Both the position numbers and the translations under genes were made by a program. A stretch of DNA of 64,000 nucleotides. Origin: Owenia fusiformis (lineage: Eukaryota). The notes under the pieces are model-generated. The model was not told the origin of the DNA, did not search any database, and worked only from the letters and a program-made list of their open reading frames with translations. Location: assembly GCA_903813345.2 (NCBI GenBank), contig CAIIXF020000001.1, forward strand, positions 38,316,001 to 38,380,000. The letters are read 5' to 3'. Positions 13,543-25,200 of this stretch are shown piece by piece (position 1 is the first letter of the stretch; each line of letters opens with the position of its first letter).

Positions 13543-14263
13543 AGGAGTGGTATCGATATGGAGAACGTTTTGAACACACGTTTCTCTTAAACCAGTCATA
13601 AAAAATCTAAAAATTTAATACATCGTCAATAATGGTCATCTTTTGAATGGTAACAATATAATTTGAAAAATATATATGTACTTTCATCTATATTTCATCT
13701 ATAAACACATCAAAAACTTGTTTTGTTCTTGATATCATGTTTCAAGAGTGATATGAAACATCTTTCCGAACCTCATTGGAACAAAACGACATAAACACAA
13801 CATGCTTAGGTCTCTCAATATTGTAATTGTACAAAGGAAATTTTGGTTGATTTAAAAAAAGTATCTTGTTAATGAAATAAAAGGTTTATGTTGATTTTTA
13901 TCTATTCTGGGGGTGGGGTTGTTTTAATTTTTTGAATACTTTTTTTAAATCAACCAAAAGTTTCTTTGTATAGCTATAATATTGAGAGGTCTAAAAACAT
14001 GTTGTATATGCTATTTTGCTCCAAAAAGGTTTGGAAATACATTTTATTTCATTCTCAAGAATTGGTAGAAATGAGCAAAAACAATTGCACTAATAAAACA
14101 ATTTTTTAACAAAAACAGTTATATAAAATATTTCTAAATAACTTTCGCGTGAAATTCTTGTGAATCAGTCAACATTACATAAAATACTTTACAGAATGTT
14201 TTCAATGATTGGTTTAAGAGAAGAACATTGTTGAATTCAGTTCTCCATATCGATACCAATCCT
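13543..14263. mobile_element. Kolobok-like non-autonomous TIR element, copy 2 (a further degraded copy lies at ~29740-30110)
   Basis: AGGAGTGGTATCGATATGGAGAAC...GTTCTCCATATCGATACCAATCCT; flanks taaa/ttga resemble a degenerate TTAA. Confidence 0.75.
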
Positions 14264-14501
14264 TTGAATCCAACATTTCATAAACCCTTCATGTTCAGAA
14301 CAGCTATAGACAGGGCATTGCATCAATCTGATATGTTTAATGCTTGAATATAACTGTATGAATATAACACCAAATTGTGTTTAACTTTATACTCATATAT
14401 AAAAATGGTTGCTGAAATTGTGTGCACACTATCAATCATGATAGCCTCCATTATACCATTCTGATACTCATTGCATCTCTCCAGAAGGATAGAGATGGAG
14501 A

Positions 14502-14651
14502 GGGCGTGGCTTACCAAGTAATTTCAAATCAATTGACCAATAGCGTTTCTAGTTTCTACGTTACGAAATAGGCAAATCCAATATGTAAGTACTTATATCG
14601 ATGGATAGGTGAAATACACAGCTGGTGAACGTTGGGCAGACCAGGGTGAGT
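14502..14651 (+). promoter_or_regulatory. Candidate promoter and first non-coding exon (possibly of the hypX-like gene)
   Basis: GGGCGTGGC (Sp/KLF-like) at 14502, CCAAT at 14537, and a strong donor CAGG|GTGAGT at 14646, followed by CpG-containing sequence. Confidence 0.3.
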
Positions 14652-15265
14652 TGACAAAACTTTTAACTTTTTCTTTTGAACGCTTTTAGGCATCGACGAT
14701 TTACATTATTGTATCGAGGATGCATCGTAGTTCCATATCGTGTATGTCGATTATTTTCCGAAAAATAAATATTACCGGAAAAAAGACACGACAAAAAATC
14801 TTAAGCTCATCATAGTGGAAAACGCTTTACGAAATCGGGTATCCTGATTGCACTAAAATTTCTAGCGTTTAATATTTTGTTTTGGAATTCCAAAACAAGA
14901 TATTTATTTTGTAATTCCAAAATAAAATATTAAATGCTAGAAAACCAAGTGAACAGAACAGAGAACCAAGTGACTTGGTTTTCCAAAACGCCTTTTATGT
15001 ACTTTACGTCATTAATATACTCGCACATCAGGGGTCTATTTCCGAACTGTAAGTTCTGTAAGGGGCGTAGCCAGCTGTTGACTGGGTGTGCTATTTTGGT
15101 GCTATATAGTGCACGTATAACGTGTAGCGCAGTGTCAATATGCCTGGCAAAAGCATACCCGTGAGATATAGTATTGTTGATGATATTGAAAACATTGGCC
15201 TACACATTTAAACATTTTAAGGGTATTGACTGTTAGTCACCGAGCGAAGGGGAAACCTTAATAGA

Positions 15266-15341
15266 TACCCTGCGTGCAGAGTCTAGTTAAACTACACGAA
15301 GCTCTCTTTTAAGAAGTGAAGTCAAACGAATGCAAAGGGTA
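15266..15341 (+). repeat. ~80-bp dispersed mini-element (other copies at ~23183-23258 + and ~42058-42140 -)
   Basis: taccctgc..gcagagtcta...acgaagctctc(t)ttaagaag...gtc.aac.aatgca..gggta is shared by three loci. Confidence 0.7.
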
Positions 15342-15768
15342 CTTAATAGAGCATTTCAGTCGATCTTATCGCAAGGGAACGACTTGTGCTCCCGCTTTTG
15401 CTTACCAGCTTGTTAATGTTTTAGAGTATACTTTATACTATTTTATAGCTTCAGCCTACATATTAACTTTAGTTTCTAACTGTAATCCTAATCTTCAACA
15501 TTAGTTTTCAAAATGTTACCATTGTTTCCTTTGGTCAAAAGTTAAAAAAAGTACGAATATGAACAATAGCGACATTTCGCTTGTTGGAAAATATCGAGAT
15601 TGCATTCTGGGAGCAAATCCTCCTTTATATCAAAGTTGTTTATCAAAGTTGTTTATCAAAGTGATCGAGGTTCAGTCTAGGATATTACATAAGATCATTA
15701 TAGTTATACAATAATATATAGTGCAAACCCCTTGTCATGAAACCGTCACTGGGGTACAATGGCATATA

Positions 15769-16514
15769 CAGGGTGGTCCAAAAAAGTGAACCCTTGCAAC
15801 CGGCTATATTTCCCTTATTACCTGCATGAATCATTTCATAGTTTCACATGTTGTAGAGGAAGATCTAAATTTTTTGTTGGTACTATACATTTTTCTAAGT
15901 ATTGAAATTTGCAGAAATTATAAGCCCTAACGAAACATCTCTGAAAATGGGTAAAATGCGAACTTCAATATTTGCAATTCTTCAACCCTTCGATCAACAA
16001 TCTTCCCATGGAAATCTTTTAAGCCAGAGTATGGGAAACCTAATGTTTTCTGACTTTCTTTGGTTTTGAATCTCACACAATATGATGTAGAATTAGCATC
16101 CTACCTCTGTTAGTTGCAAAGTTATTGTGAACAAAAGAAATGTTCTATGGTTCCAAACGGACGAGAACATCCAGTGAATGGTTAAAACAGCTTCAAAATG
16201 GTCAATAAAAGTGTGAAATGTGTTTTCTGCTCAAATAGTGTCCCATTTGTCATATGGTAGGGTTTAAACTTATAATCCCTCACTGACACATTTTTAAGAT
16301 CATCTAACAATTCCGCCAATCACATTGGTAAAATTTTGCAAAAATCTAATTTGAGGCATGTCTTGTAATTTTTTCGATATTCAAGACTGAGAATAAATTA
16401 TGGTGCCAACAAAAATTTTAGACCTTTCTCTACAAGATGTGATAATGAGCAAATTCATGCATGTATTAAGGAAAATATAGCCTGTTGCAGGGGTTCACTT
16501 TTTGGACCACCCTG
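15769..16514. mobile_element. Tc1/mariner-type MITE
   Basis: TA|CAGGGTGGTCCAAAAAAGTGAACCCC...GGGGTTCACTTTTTGGACCACCCTG|TA with extended imperfect inverted arms. Confidence 0.85.
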
Positions 16515-18420
16515 TATATATATGTGACTATAATGTAACATACAGACGAACGTCTAAAAGTATTACATAATCATTATGATAAACAGATAAGTAGGTCAGT
16601 ATATTACATAATCATGTATGAATAACAGAATGTACTAAAACCTGCTTGAAACTGAAAAACATTGCATGCTCTATTCCATACAATTTGGAAGGTTTTGAAA
16701 TTCGCAGTAACAATGAATAAATGCCTGTATATAATCATTGCATTTAAATCCCACTTGGGTAGCAACACAATAGAATTTGCTGTGGTTTATTTTTAAGAAT
16801 GTATGGTTTTATCAAAAGGAAAGTGCATTATTTTTCTATTGTTTTTAAAGAATGTACACTTGGCGAGCTATCAAAAACAAGTGAGACATATATGACCATT
16901 GACATTTTTTGATAGTTTTCATTCCCTAAAAACAATATACAAAAATACATGTACCCTTCTCTTGTTACTGTGCATTCTTTAGAATAAAACAATTTATCAA
17001 TTTTTGTTGCTATCTACATCATTGATCTTATCTTATTTACAAATATTCTGCTGTATTCAAATTCAATGTTCTGGACTGGACAGTCACCTGTTGTGCACTG
17101 AAGCTAGACTAATCATAGCCCACTCAGTCACTTACATCAACTCACACTCATGAGGTCAATGCTATGGCATTATATTTGCTTCTTTATTCATTAAATTCAA
17201 ATATATTCGATATATGAAATATTTATATTCGCTAAATCATTTTTCCATTCGGTAAAAACGTTTATATGTTTGTTACAGCAAATGAAGTTTTCAAAATAGC
17301 CAATCACTTAATACTATGCATTAAATTACATATTTCATTCGCTAAATGATATGTTTTTTGAGTAAATAGTTATGGTATTCCCTATAACACATTATATGCA
17401 CAATACTGAATTTCTATTTGAACCCTACCGAAATAATTTTGCCTATATTTACCGAATGGTTTATTTTTCTATGACATAGTTAATGCATTTTACCGAAACC
17501 TAATTTGCTATTTACCGAATGCAATAAAGTAATATTCGATAACTTTCGTTGTTAACATCGTTCAAATATATCACGTGACTGAAAGTCTCGTAAAGTATCG
17601 AACAATAACGACATTTATCGAATGTGGCATTCGGTATTTACCGAATATAAATAATTTAAACACCGAATGTACAAATAATTAATTGAACTATACGTGAGTT
17701 AAGGAAAACAAATTGATTCGCTGCATCACACAAATACATGTATAAATATCAAATGTGAATGCCAACACAAAGAACAAGTGAAACTCTTTAGCGAATATAA
17801 TTTTTATAGATTATTACATTCGATAAAATAAAAAAAACATTCGATAGATTGGGTAAAGATTTGGTAAATTGTTTGTTTTATTTGGTATTTATGGAATATT
17901 TAATGTACCGAATTAAGAAGCAGTTTAAACACCATACAATGCAACCAACTCTTTTTGTTGTTACAATTAATTGGCTATATAACAACAAATTTTAACCAAT
18001 AAGAGCCAGGGTCATTGTGAGCCTGGTTGAAGTTTGCAAAATTCACAGTTTGAATAGTCAATACAAAAGAAATCACATTTTTCCGGATTAAAGACCTTTT
18101 AACTGTAATATAATAGACCCTTTTCCTGTGATAAGAGTCTGTGTGATTTAAGTAAGATAAAGCATTCGAATTCGATTTAATAAGAAATAATAACCTCAGG
18201 CCTTCGGCCTTCGGTGTATTATTTCTTATAAAACTTCATTCTTATGCTTTATCTAGTACAGAAAACACTTCGTGTAGTGTTTATCAGATGTATTGAGTTG
18301 ACCAAAATACTCATTTGTTACTACATACTGGACTACATACTGGCACCCTTACATGTTACTGTACATATTTTAGACTTGAATTAGCCCATAAGAGCTTTGC
18401 AAAATCAACATCTAATACTG

Positions 18421-18927
18421 GAGAGGTTAAGCTAACGATGTTTTTCACAACGTAACCGTGAACGCAAAGTACAACAATTAACAAAGGAATGTATCGAGCG
18501 CTCATAGTTTTATGCGCGCTTAGTCTACTTCAGATACTCTTTCAGCTTCATAGTTTCGGGTTTAGAACGGGAGATTTTGAAATTTGACGTTGGGTCAACG
18601 GGAACCATTTTACTCGTGTCTATTGAACACTATGCTGTCAATTTTGATTTCGATGCACAGTTGAATTCTTGCTGAACACGATGATGTATGTCATGCATGA
18701 TTTAGCGCCAAAAATCTTACGAAACGAGCTCGTTTAAAATATGTATTAGAAAACCAGCTATAAAACCGCATCAATGGCATACTATAGAATCATTACACGC
18801 TATGGTGTAGTCTAAACAAACACTGGATTTGAACGGCTATTTATATGAGAAGGCTACATGAATTTGTATATGGTCGAGTGATACGTACAGGTTCAGTTTC
18901 GATTATATATGCAAAGCTTAACCTCTC
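18421..18927. mobile_element. MITE with 13-bp TIR
   Basis: GAGAGGTTAAGCT...AGCTTAACCTCTC; no clear TSD. Confidence 0.55.
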
Positions 18928-20480
18928 AACTATCAACGTAATAGACGGATTGCCCAACCTTACAGGCAAACTATTATAGACAAATTTGAAGATAAGACTG
19001 ATATTGTCACATTGAATTATGATAATAAGTAAATAACATTTTGTAATATTTTACACAGGGTTAACATTACCATGCCCAGTAGAATAATACACAGGGTTAC
19101 CCTAAATTGTAGAAACATTATTGAATATGTTTCTAACTTATAATTAATTAATTCATATATCCCAAGGATTTCACCCGTTCCCTTCCTGACCAATAGTCTA
19201 CAAACCTTGTTTTATTTTTGATTTTTTACAATAAAATAAACTACTCTATCATTTTTATTGACGTGAGAACTCATATGATCAATGAGAAAACAATGCTAAA
19301 CTTGCACTCTGAAATAGGTATTCAGCAGGCCTAGGAAAATATGGCTAGAAAAAGAAGCTACACCTAAGGGCTACAGGTGGACAAATTATTCCCCCTGAAA
19401 AGTATTTTAAGGGTCAGATCACTAAATTCATGATTACATTGAAAAGCTTTGAATGCTAATTTTCAAGAATTGATGTATTACTGGTGATTCAGATAATATA
19501 CAAACGATAATTTTCGACTACAGAGCACGCTGCTGTAATATTCTATTGTATTATATTTTGATAAACAAATAACTTAGAGTCGAACACATTTTATAAAAAA
19601 TCATCTTAGGTTCCATGAATTTCTATCTTAAACTATGTCAAGTGAGACATTTAGAGCTGAATATCGCTCTATAACAACTCATTGCGGGCGCAAGGCAGCT
19701 TGGAGATAAAATAACTAGATCAAGCATCACAGTGACACTTAGACTCGATGATGGTTAAGTTCAAACTAGAAAGGGGCATTTGAACAGTCACCTTGTGTGC
19801 TGTTTTATCGACAACATAGCTTCACACTAGTATGCATATTGCTGGTTGAAGACAGAAAGATGTGATGAGTATCAGAATGCATGCTATATCGACGAGAGAA
19901 TCAATTGCATAGATCGTACTTTTAATGATGGTCATTTTGCAACTGACAAGCGATCATCTGATTGATGCTGGGACAATCCGTCTTGCCAAAAGCATGAAGC
20001 TTATGACCAACAGCTCGGACATCAAAATTCTAATGAAAAATTGCAAGCCTCCCCGGAATCAGCTGAAGGATAGGACCTGTTTTTCCGTTTTAAAGCTGAA
20101 AGTGACTTTCAGAGACTTCAGAGGCTGAAATTGGGGATTTCGAGAAATACTTTTCAAGGAAATAGTCTTACCTTTCTATTAGGATGGATCCAGGTGCCAA
20201 AAATAGCTGATCCATGAATATATATCATTTTGAAAATTGGAAGCAAGAATTTTGTTTTGGAGGCTATGTTTTGTGTCAGTCATGACAGGAAATAGATTCT
20301 CAAAATGAAAACTGAATTAACAGTATTAATTCTGAATTTGACTTGGAATATTTACTCAGATATGTATTCTGATATTATTAGCATGATTATTGACTACTAT
20401 TTAATAATTCAGTGTGGTGTAGAGGATTTTTTTTTCTAAAATTAACAATGAATCCTAAAAAATGCATCCTGAAAGTCTTA

Positions 20481-20551
20481 GGCTTATGGCAGATTGGTTA
20501 GGGCATCAGACTTGCCACCATGATTTTGCAGGTTCAAATCCCGGCCATGGC
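20481..20551 (+). mobile_element. tRNA-derived sequence (SINE head or tRNA pseudogene)
   Basis: A-box-like TGGCAGATTGG and B-box GGTTCAAATCCC at tRNA spacing; the stems are degenerate. Confidence 0.5.
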
Positions 20552-20722
20552 AAGTCATGTTTTCTTTTTTTCTTTATTTCTGACCCACAATATTTTTTTT
20601 ATCTCATTTTTATAGCACAGTGTCATATTTATTACTTTATTACACATCGAGCCTACAATTTCATCTTCATGAAAAGAAGAAATGGTACCTAATATGATGC
20701 GAGTTAATCGATATTTCAAATA

Positions 20723-21920
20723 GGGTGTCTACAAAACTAAGACCTAAGACCTACAAAACTAAGACCCCCCACGTAATAAAACTAAGACCCTGTTATAAAA
20801 CTAAGACCCCCGACGTAATAAAACTAAGACCCTGTTATAAAACTAAGACCCCCCACGTAATAAAACTAAGACCCTGTTATAAAACTAAGACCCCCCACGT
20901 AATAAAACTAAGACTCTGTTATAAAACTAAGACCCCCCACGTAATAAAACTAAGACCCTGTTATAAAACTAAGACCCCCCACGTAACAGGGTCTTAGTTT
21001 TATTACGTGGGGTCTTAGTTTTATAACAGGGTCTTAGTTTTATTACGCGGGGGTTCTTAGTTTTATAACAGGGTCTTAGTTTTATAACGTGGGGGGTCTT
21101 AGTTTTATAACGTGGGGGGTCTTAGTTTTATAACGTGGGGGGTCTTAGTTTTATAACATGGTCTTAGTTTTATTACGTGGGGGGTCTTAGTTGTATAACA
21201 GGGTCTTAGTTTTATTACGTGGGGGGTCTTAGTTTTATAACAGGGTCTTAGTTTTATTACGTGGGGGGTCTTAGTTGTATAACAGGGTCTTAGTTTTATT
21301 ACGTGGGGGGTCTTAGTTTTATAACATGGTCTTAGTTTTATTACGTGGGGGGTCTTAGTTTTATAACATGGTCTTAGTTTTATTACGTGGGGGGTCTTAG
21401 TTTTATTACGTGGGGGGTCTTAGTTGTATAACAGGGTCTTAGTTTTATTACGTGGGGGGTCTTAGTTTTATAACATGGTCTTAGTTTTATTACGTGGGGG
21501 GTCTTAGTTGTATAACAGGGTCTTAGTTTTATTACGTGGGGGGTCTTAGTTTTATAACAGGGTCTTAGTTTTATTACGTGGGGGGTCTTAGTTTTATAAC
21601 AGGGTCTTAGTTTTATTACGTGGGGGGTCTTAGTTTTATAACAGGGTCTTAGTTTTATAACGTGGGGGTCTTAGTTTTATAACAGGGTCTTAGTTTTATT
21701 ACGTGGGGGGTCTTAGTTTTATAACATGGTCTTAGTTTTATTACGTGGGGGGTCTTAGTTGTATAACAGGGTCTTAGTTTTATTACGTGGGGGGTCTTAG
21801 TTTTATAACAGGGTCTTAGTTTTATTACGTGGGGGGTCTTAGTTTTATAACAGGGTCTTAGTTTTATTACGTGGGGGGTCTTAGTTTTGTAGGTCTTAGG
21901 TCTTAGTTTTGTAGACACCC
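20723..21920. mobile_element. Foldback (Mutator-like) element made almost entirely of a 42-bp minisatellite in two opposed arrays
   Basis: GGGTGTCTACAAAACTAAGACC...GGTCTTAGTTTTGTAGACACCC; 10-bp TSD ATTTCAAATA; the unit is 23-bp + 19-bp subunits sharing AAAACTAAGACC; orientation flips at ~20985. Confidence 0.9.
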
Positions 21921-21978
21921 ATTTCAAATACCTGTTGTTCATGGCGATACATATATTGTAAATATTTTTTATTTGCAG

Positions 21979-22105
21979 GGCTCAGAACTCAAATCCCGAA
22001 GCAAATCAGACTGCATCCAGTTTATGACTTGAAGAAACATAACATATCTGCCGGATATTGACGAGACTGATATAAGCAGACAAAATTCAATTTCAGAAAA
22101 TCAAG
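21979..22105 (+). other. Probable 5'-UTR exon of the hypX-like gene
   Basis: Acceptor ttttttatttgcag| ends at 21978 and donor aag|gtatgg starts at 22106. A short intron then ends at tttgtctttttag| (22203), just upstream of the ATG at 22239. Confidence 0.55.
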
Positions 22106-22238
22106 GTATGGGGTGGACATTAATAGCTTAAATTTAGCTGTATTTGTAATAAAGATAAAATGCCATTGCCAATATAATTCTGAGAAGTCTTTTGTCTTTT
22201 TAGATTACATTGCAACCAAGATCTAGCCAAAGCTAAAC

Positions 22239-25200
22239 ATGTTTGGAATTATGCAGAGAAGTGCGAACTGGGCCCTCAGGAGACACCAGGCTGTTGGTCG
22301 AGTGATACAATGTCAGATAAAAAGAAAATACCTGGTTGACAAACTGAAATATCAGACAAAAAAGAGCCAAGTTGCTCTGGTGGATTCTCTTCAAAAACAA
22401 AAAGGTACAGTTTGTAGATTCATTACCTGTCCAATGGAATATGGGGAAGCTATGTTAAGATTGTATGTTTTCTGTTACTCTGTAGTGTTTTTATTTATTA
22501 CAAGACGTCCATCCTTTCATCTGTCCTATTTTCAGAAGCTTCTTATGAAAAAGCTAATCCGCGAATCTACCATTTTTATTACATTTTTCGAAACGCTACA
22601 TTTATGTTCATAATGAAAACCTTGTCTCGTTGAGATTGAAAATGGTCGATTTTTTCGGAGGTAGGCAAACAGACCACTGCTCAAGAAGGCATTCTGTATA
22701 TGGTCGCTCGTTTCAAAATGGCCACTTCTTGTTAAATATTGCAATGTTTAATACAAATCTAAACTCAAATACAAGTGGGCAGATTTGGTTCGAACGTGAC
22801 GGTGATGCAATAGGGACACAGAGCAGAACAGAACCCTGCTATAAGAATTTGTGAGATACTGTTAGTTCTCAAAATGACTGCTGAATTCAAAATTGCCTTT
22901 TTACTTTATGAAAAATATATTTTTGATTAACATAATTGTCAGATTTGGTTGAGATTTTATGTGCGAATGCCTTATTGGCATCAGACTGTGGCGAAGCAGA
23001 AATGCTGAATTCAAATTGGTCTTCATTTCTCAGGGAAATTGTGATATTACTCATAACACAAATGTCAGTTAGCAGATCTGGCCCTATATGCTAATTTCTT
23101 GTAGTCATAAGGCCTCTGTTCAAGAAAGAATTTAATATATGGCGTTACATCACATCATGGGTGTAGAATTTGCCAAATGGAGTACCCTGCTCGCAGAGTC
23201 TAGTTATAACGACGAAGCTCTCTTTAAAGAAGCAAAGTCGAACAAATGCATTTAGGGTTCAAAAGGAGACATAATTCCTCTACTATTTCCTTATAATTTC
23301 TATCATGTACCTTGATGTCGAAAATGACTAGGGATTTAATAAAATATATTTTCTTTGGTGGGATTTGCACATACATGTGCATGCTGTCCACATGATTGTA
23401 CTCGTCTCATTATAAATATTTACGTAACGCTATTGTTGTGTTGTATTATATGTTATAGCAATATAAAATATGGACATTCAAAAGTCATATTTCTCAAACG
23501 TACGTTCGATGGTAAAACGGTGAATGACATGATAAATAAATGGTTACACTCTTGGAAAAACTCAAATGTTCGTTATTGCCCAGCCTCCCTTATACACATT
23601 TATACACATCAGTCATATGATAAAATTTTGGAATGGGTCATTTAGTCCAGTAAGTAAAGCAATTGTTGCCTTTCACTTCTTTCAGATGAGCCGTTTTTGA
23701 GTGCTCCACAGATGCAACAGATTGGAAAATGGAACGCCGATTCCGAGATGGTTAGCCTTATACGTTCTACAAAGTGTCTGCTCCTTTGCAATTCATACAA
23801 CACACTTTCTTTGGCAGTTGCTACTGAACTGAGGAGTTTCGGAGCTGAAGTTGATGTCAAAGTCATTCATAATGAGCATGACTTTACTATTGCTGATGAA
23901 GGAGATTTTGACATTATAATATGCCCATTTCTGACAAAAAGAGTTCCAGAGAGGATTTGGAGTAATAAAGAGCGACCATGTTTGATTGTGCACCCAGGAA
24001 TCCCAGGAGATCGGGGTCCCGCATCAATAGAGTTTGCAATTAAGAATAAGGCACTTAATTGGGGAGTTACAGTAAGTGATCCGCACCATTTTATCGCACC
24101 TTTTCAAAATGTCGTATTTTCATCGACTTGTGCTGAAGGGCGAGCGTCTATTTGGGCGGGTGAAATCTTGTCAACAAGCAGATAAGTGCCAAGATCTAAT
24201 ACTGGGTAAATTACTTGGCAGCCGTTTTGAATTTTTTTGTTACAAAGTGTGATTTTTATCACTGAAGTTTTGAACAATGGTTTACTCATAACATGTTAGC
24301 GGCTTCAAGTTGGTATAGTATGAATGGCTTCATGTCAAATCTTGTCCGTTAGTGAACAACCCCCCCCCCCAACATTCTGATTTTTCTCCCACTAGGTTTT
24401 ACAAGCAGACGAGGACTTTGACAGAGGTTCTATTTGGGCATACGGTATGTTCCCTATATCTGCAAAGAACACCACAAAGACCGAAATGTATGTGTCTGAA
24501 GTCACAGAGTGCGCTGTGGATACAGTACTGAGAGCGGTAGCAAGATTTAAACTAGGAGATTCACCAAAACCTTGGCAGTATGGTGATGATAATATTAAAG
24601 GAAATCTCCAGACGAAGATAAAAAAGGCAGATAGAAGGATTGACTGGAACCAACATGCTAGCGATGTTGCTCGCCATATACGAATGTTTGACACACAACC
24701 TGGGGCACATGGGTTTTTGAAGGTAAGACCTCCGCTTTAATCCAGTGTTAATCAGAGTTTTTATTGGAAAACATAATCAAGTGAGGAACAGGGATTTCTA
24801 TTGAAATTCATCTAAAAAAAACATTGCAATTCACGACACAATACAATTAAATATTTACAATACAATACAACACTAACAATATAATATATAACACACTACT
24901 ACACTACACTAAACTACACTACATTAAAGCATAATCTAATAACAATCCATTAATAATTTCAGGGGATTGATGGAGAGATTAGATTTTTTGGGGCCCAAGA
25001 AACGCAACCACTTTTGTACTGTGGCGATAAAATGCGTGATCTGCTAACATCTGCTGAACCAGGCGAGCCAATAGGCCGAAAACATAACTCCATTCTCATA
25101 AAGTGTGGAGAGGATTCATCATTGTGGGTTTCTCATTTGAAGGTAAGGTATAAGTTATCATTGCTGTTTAACGACTTGCAGTATATTGGTCTGTAATTCT

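Noticed and set aside
20481..20551. Functional tRNA gene
   Set aside because: A/B boxes are present but the acceptor and anticodon stems do not pair convincingly; more likely SINE-derived.
20723..21920. CRISPR array or repeat-protein ORFs (KTKTPHVIKLRPCY)n at 20725-20997 and 21655-21942
   Set aside because: There are no unique spacers and no cas genes. The ORFs are by-products of a 42-bp minisatellite inside a TSD-flanked foldback.
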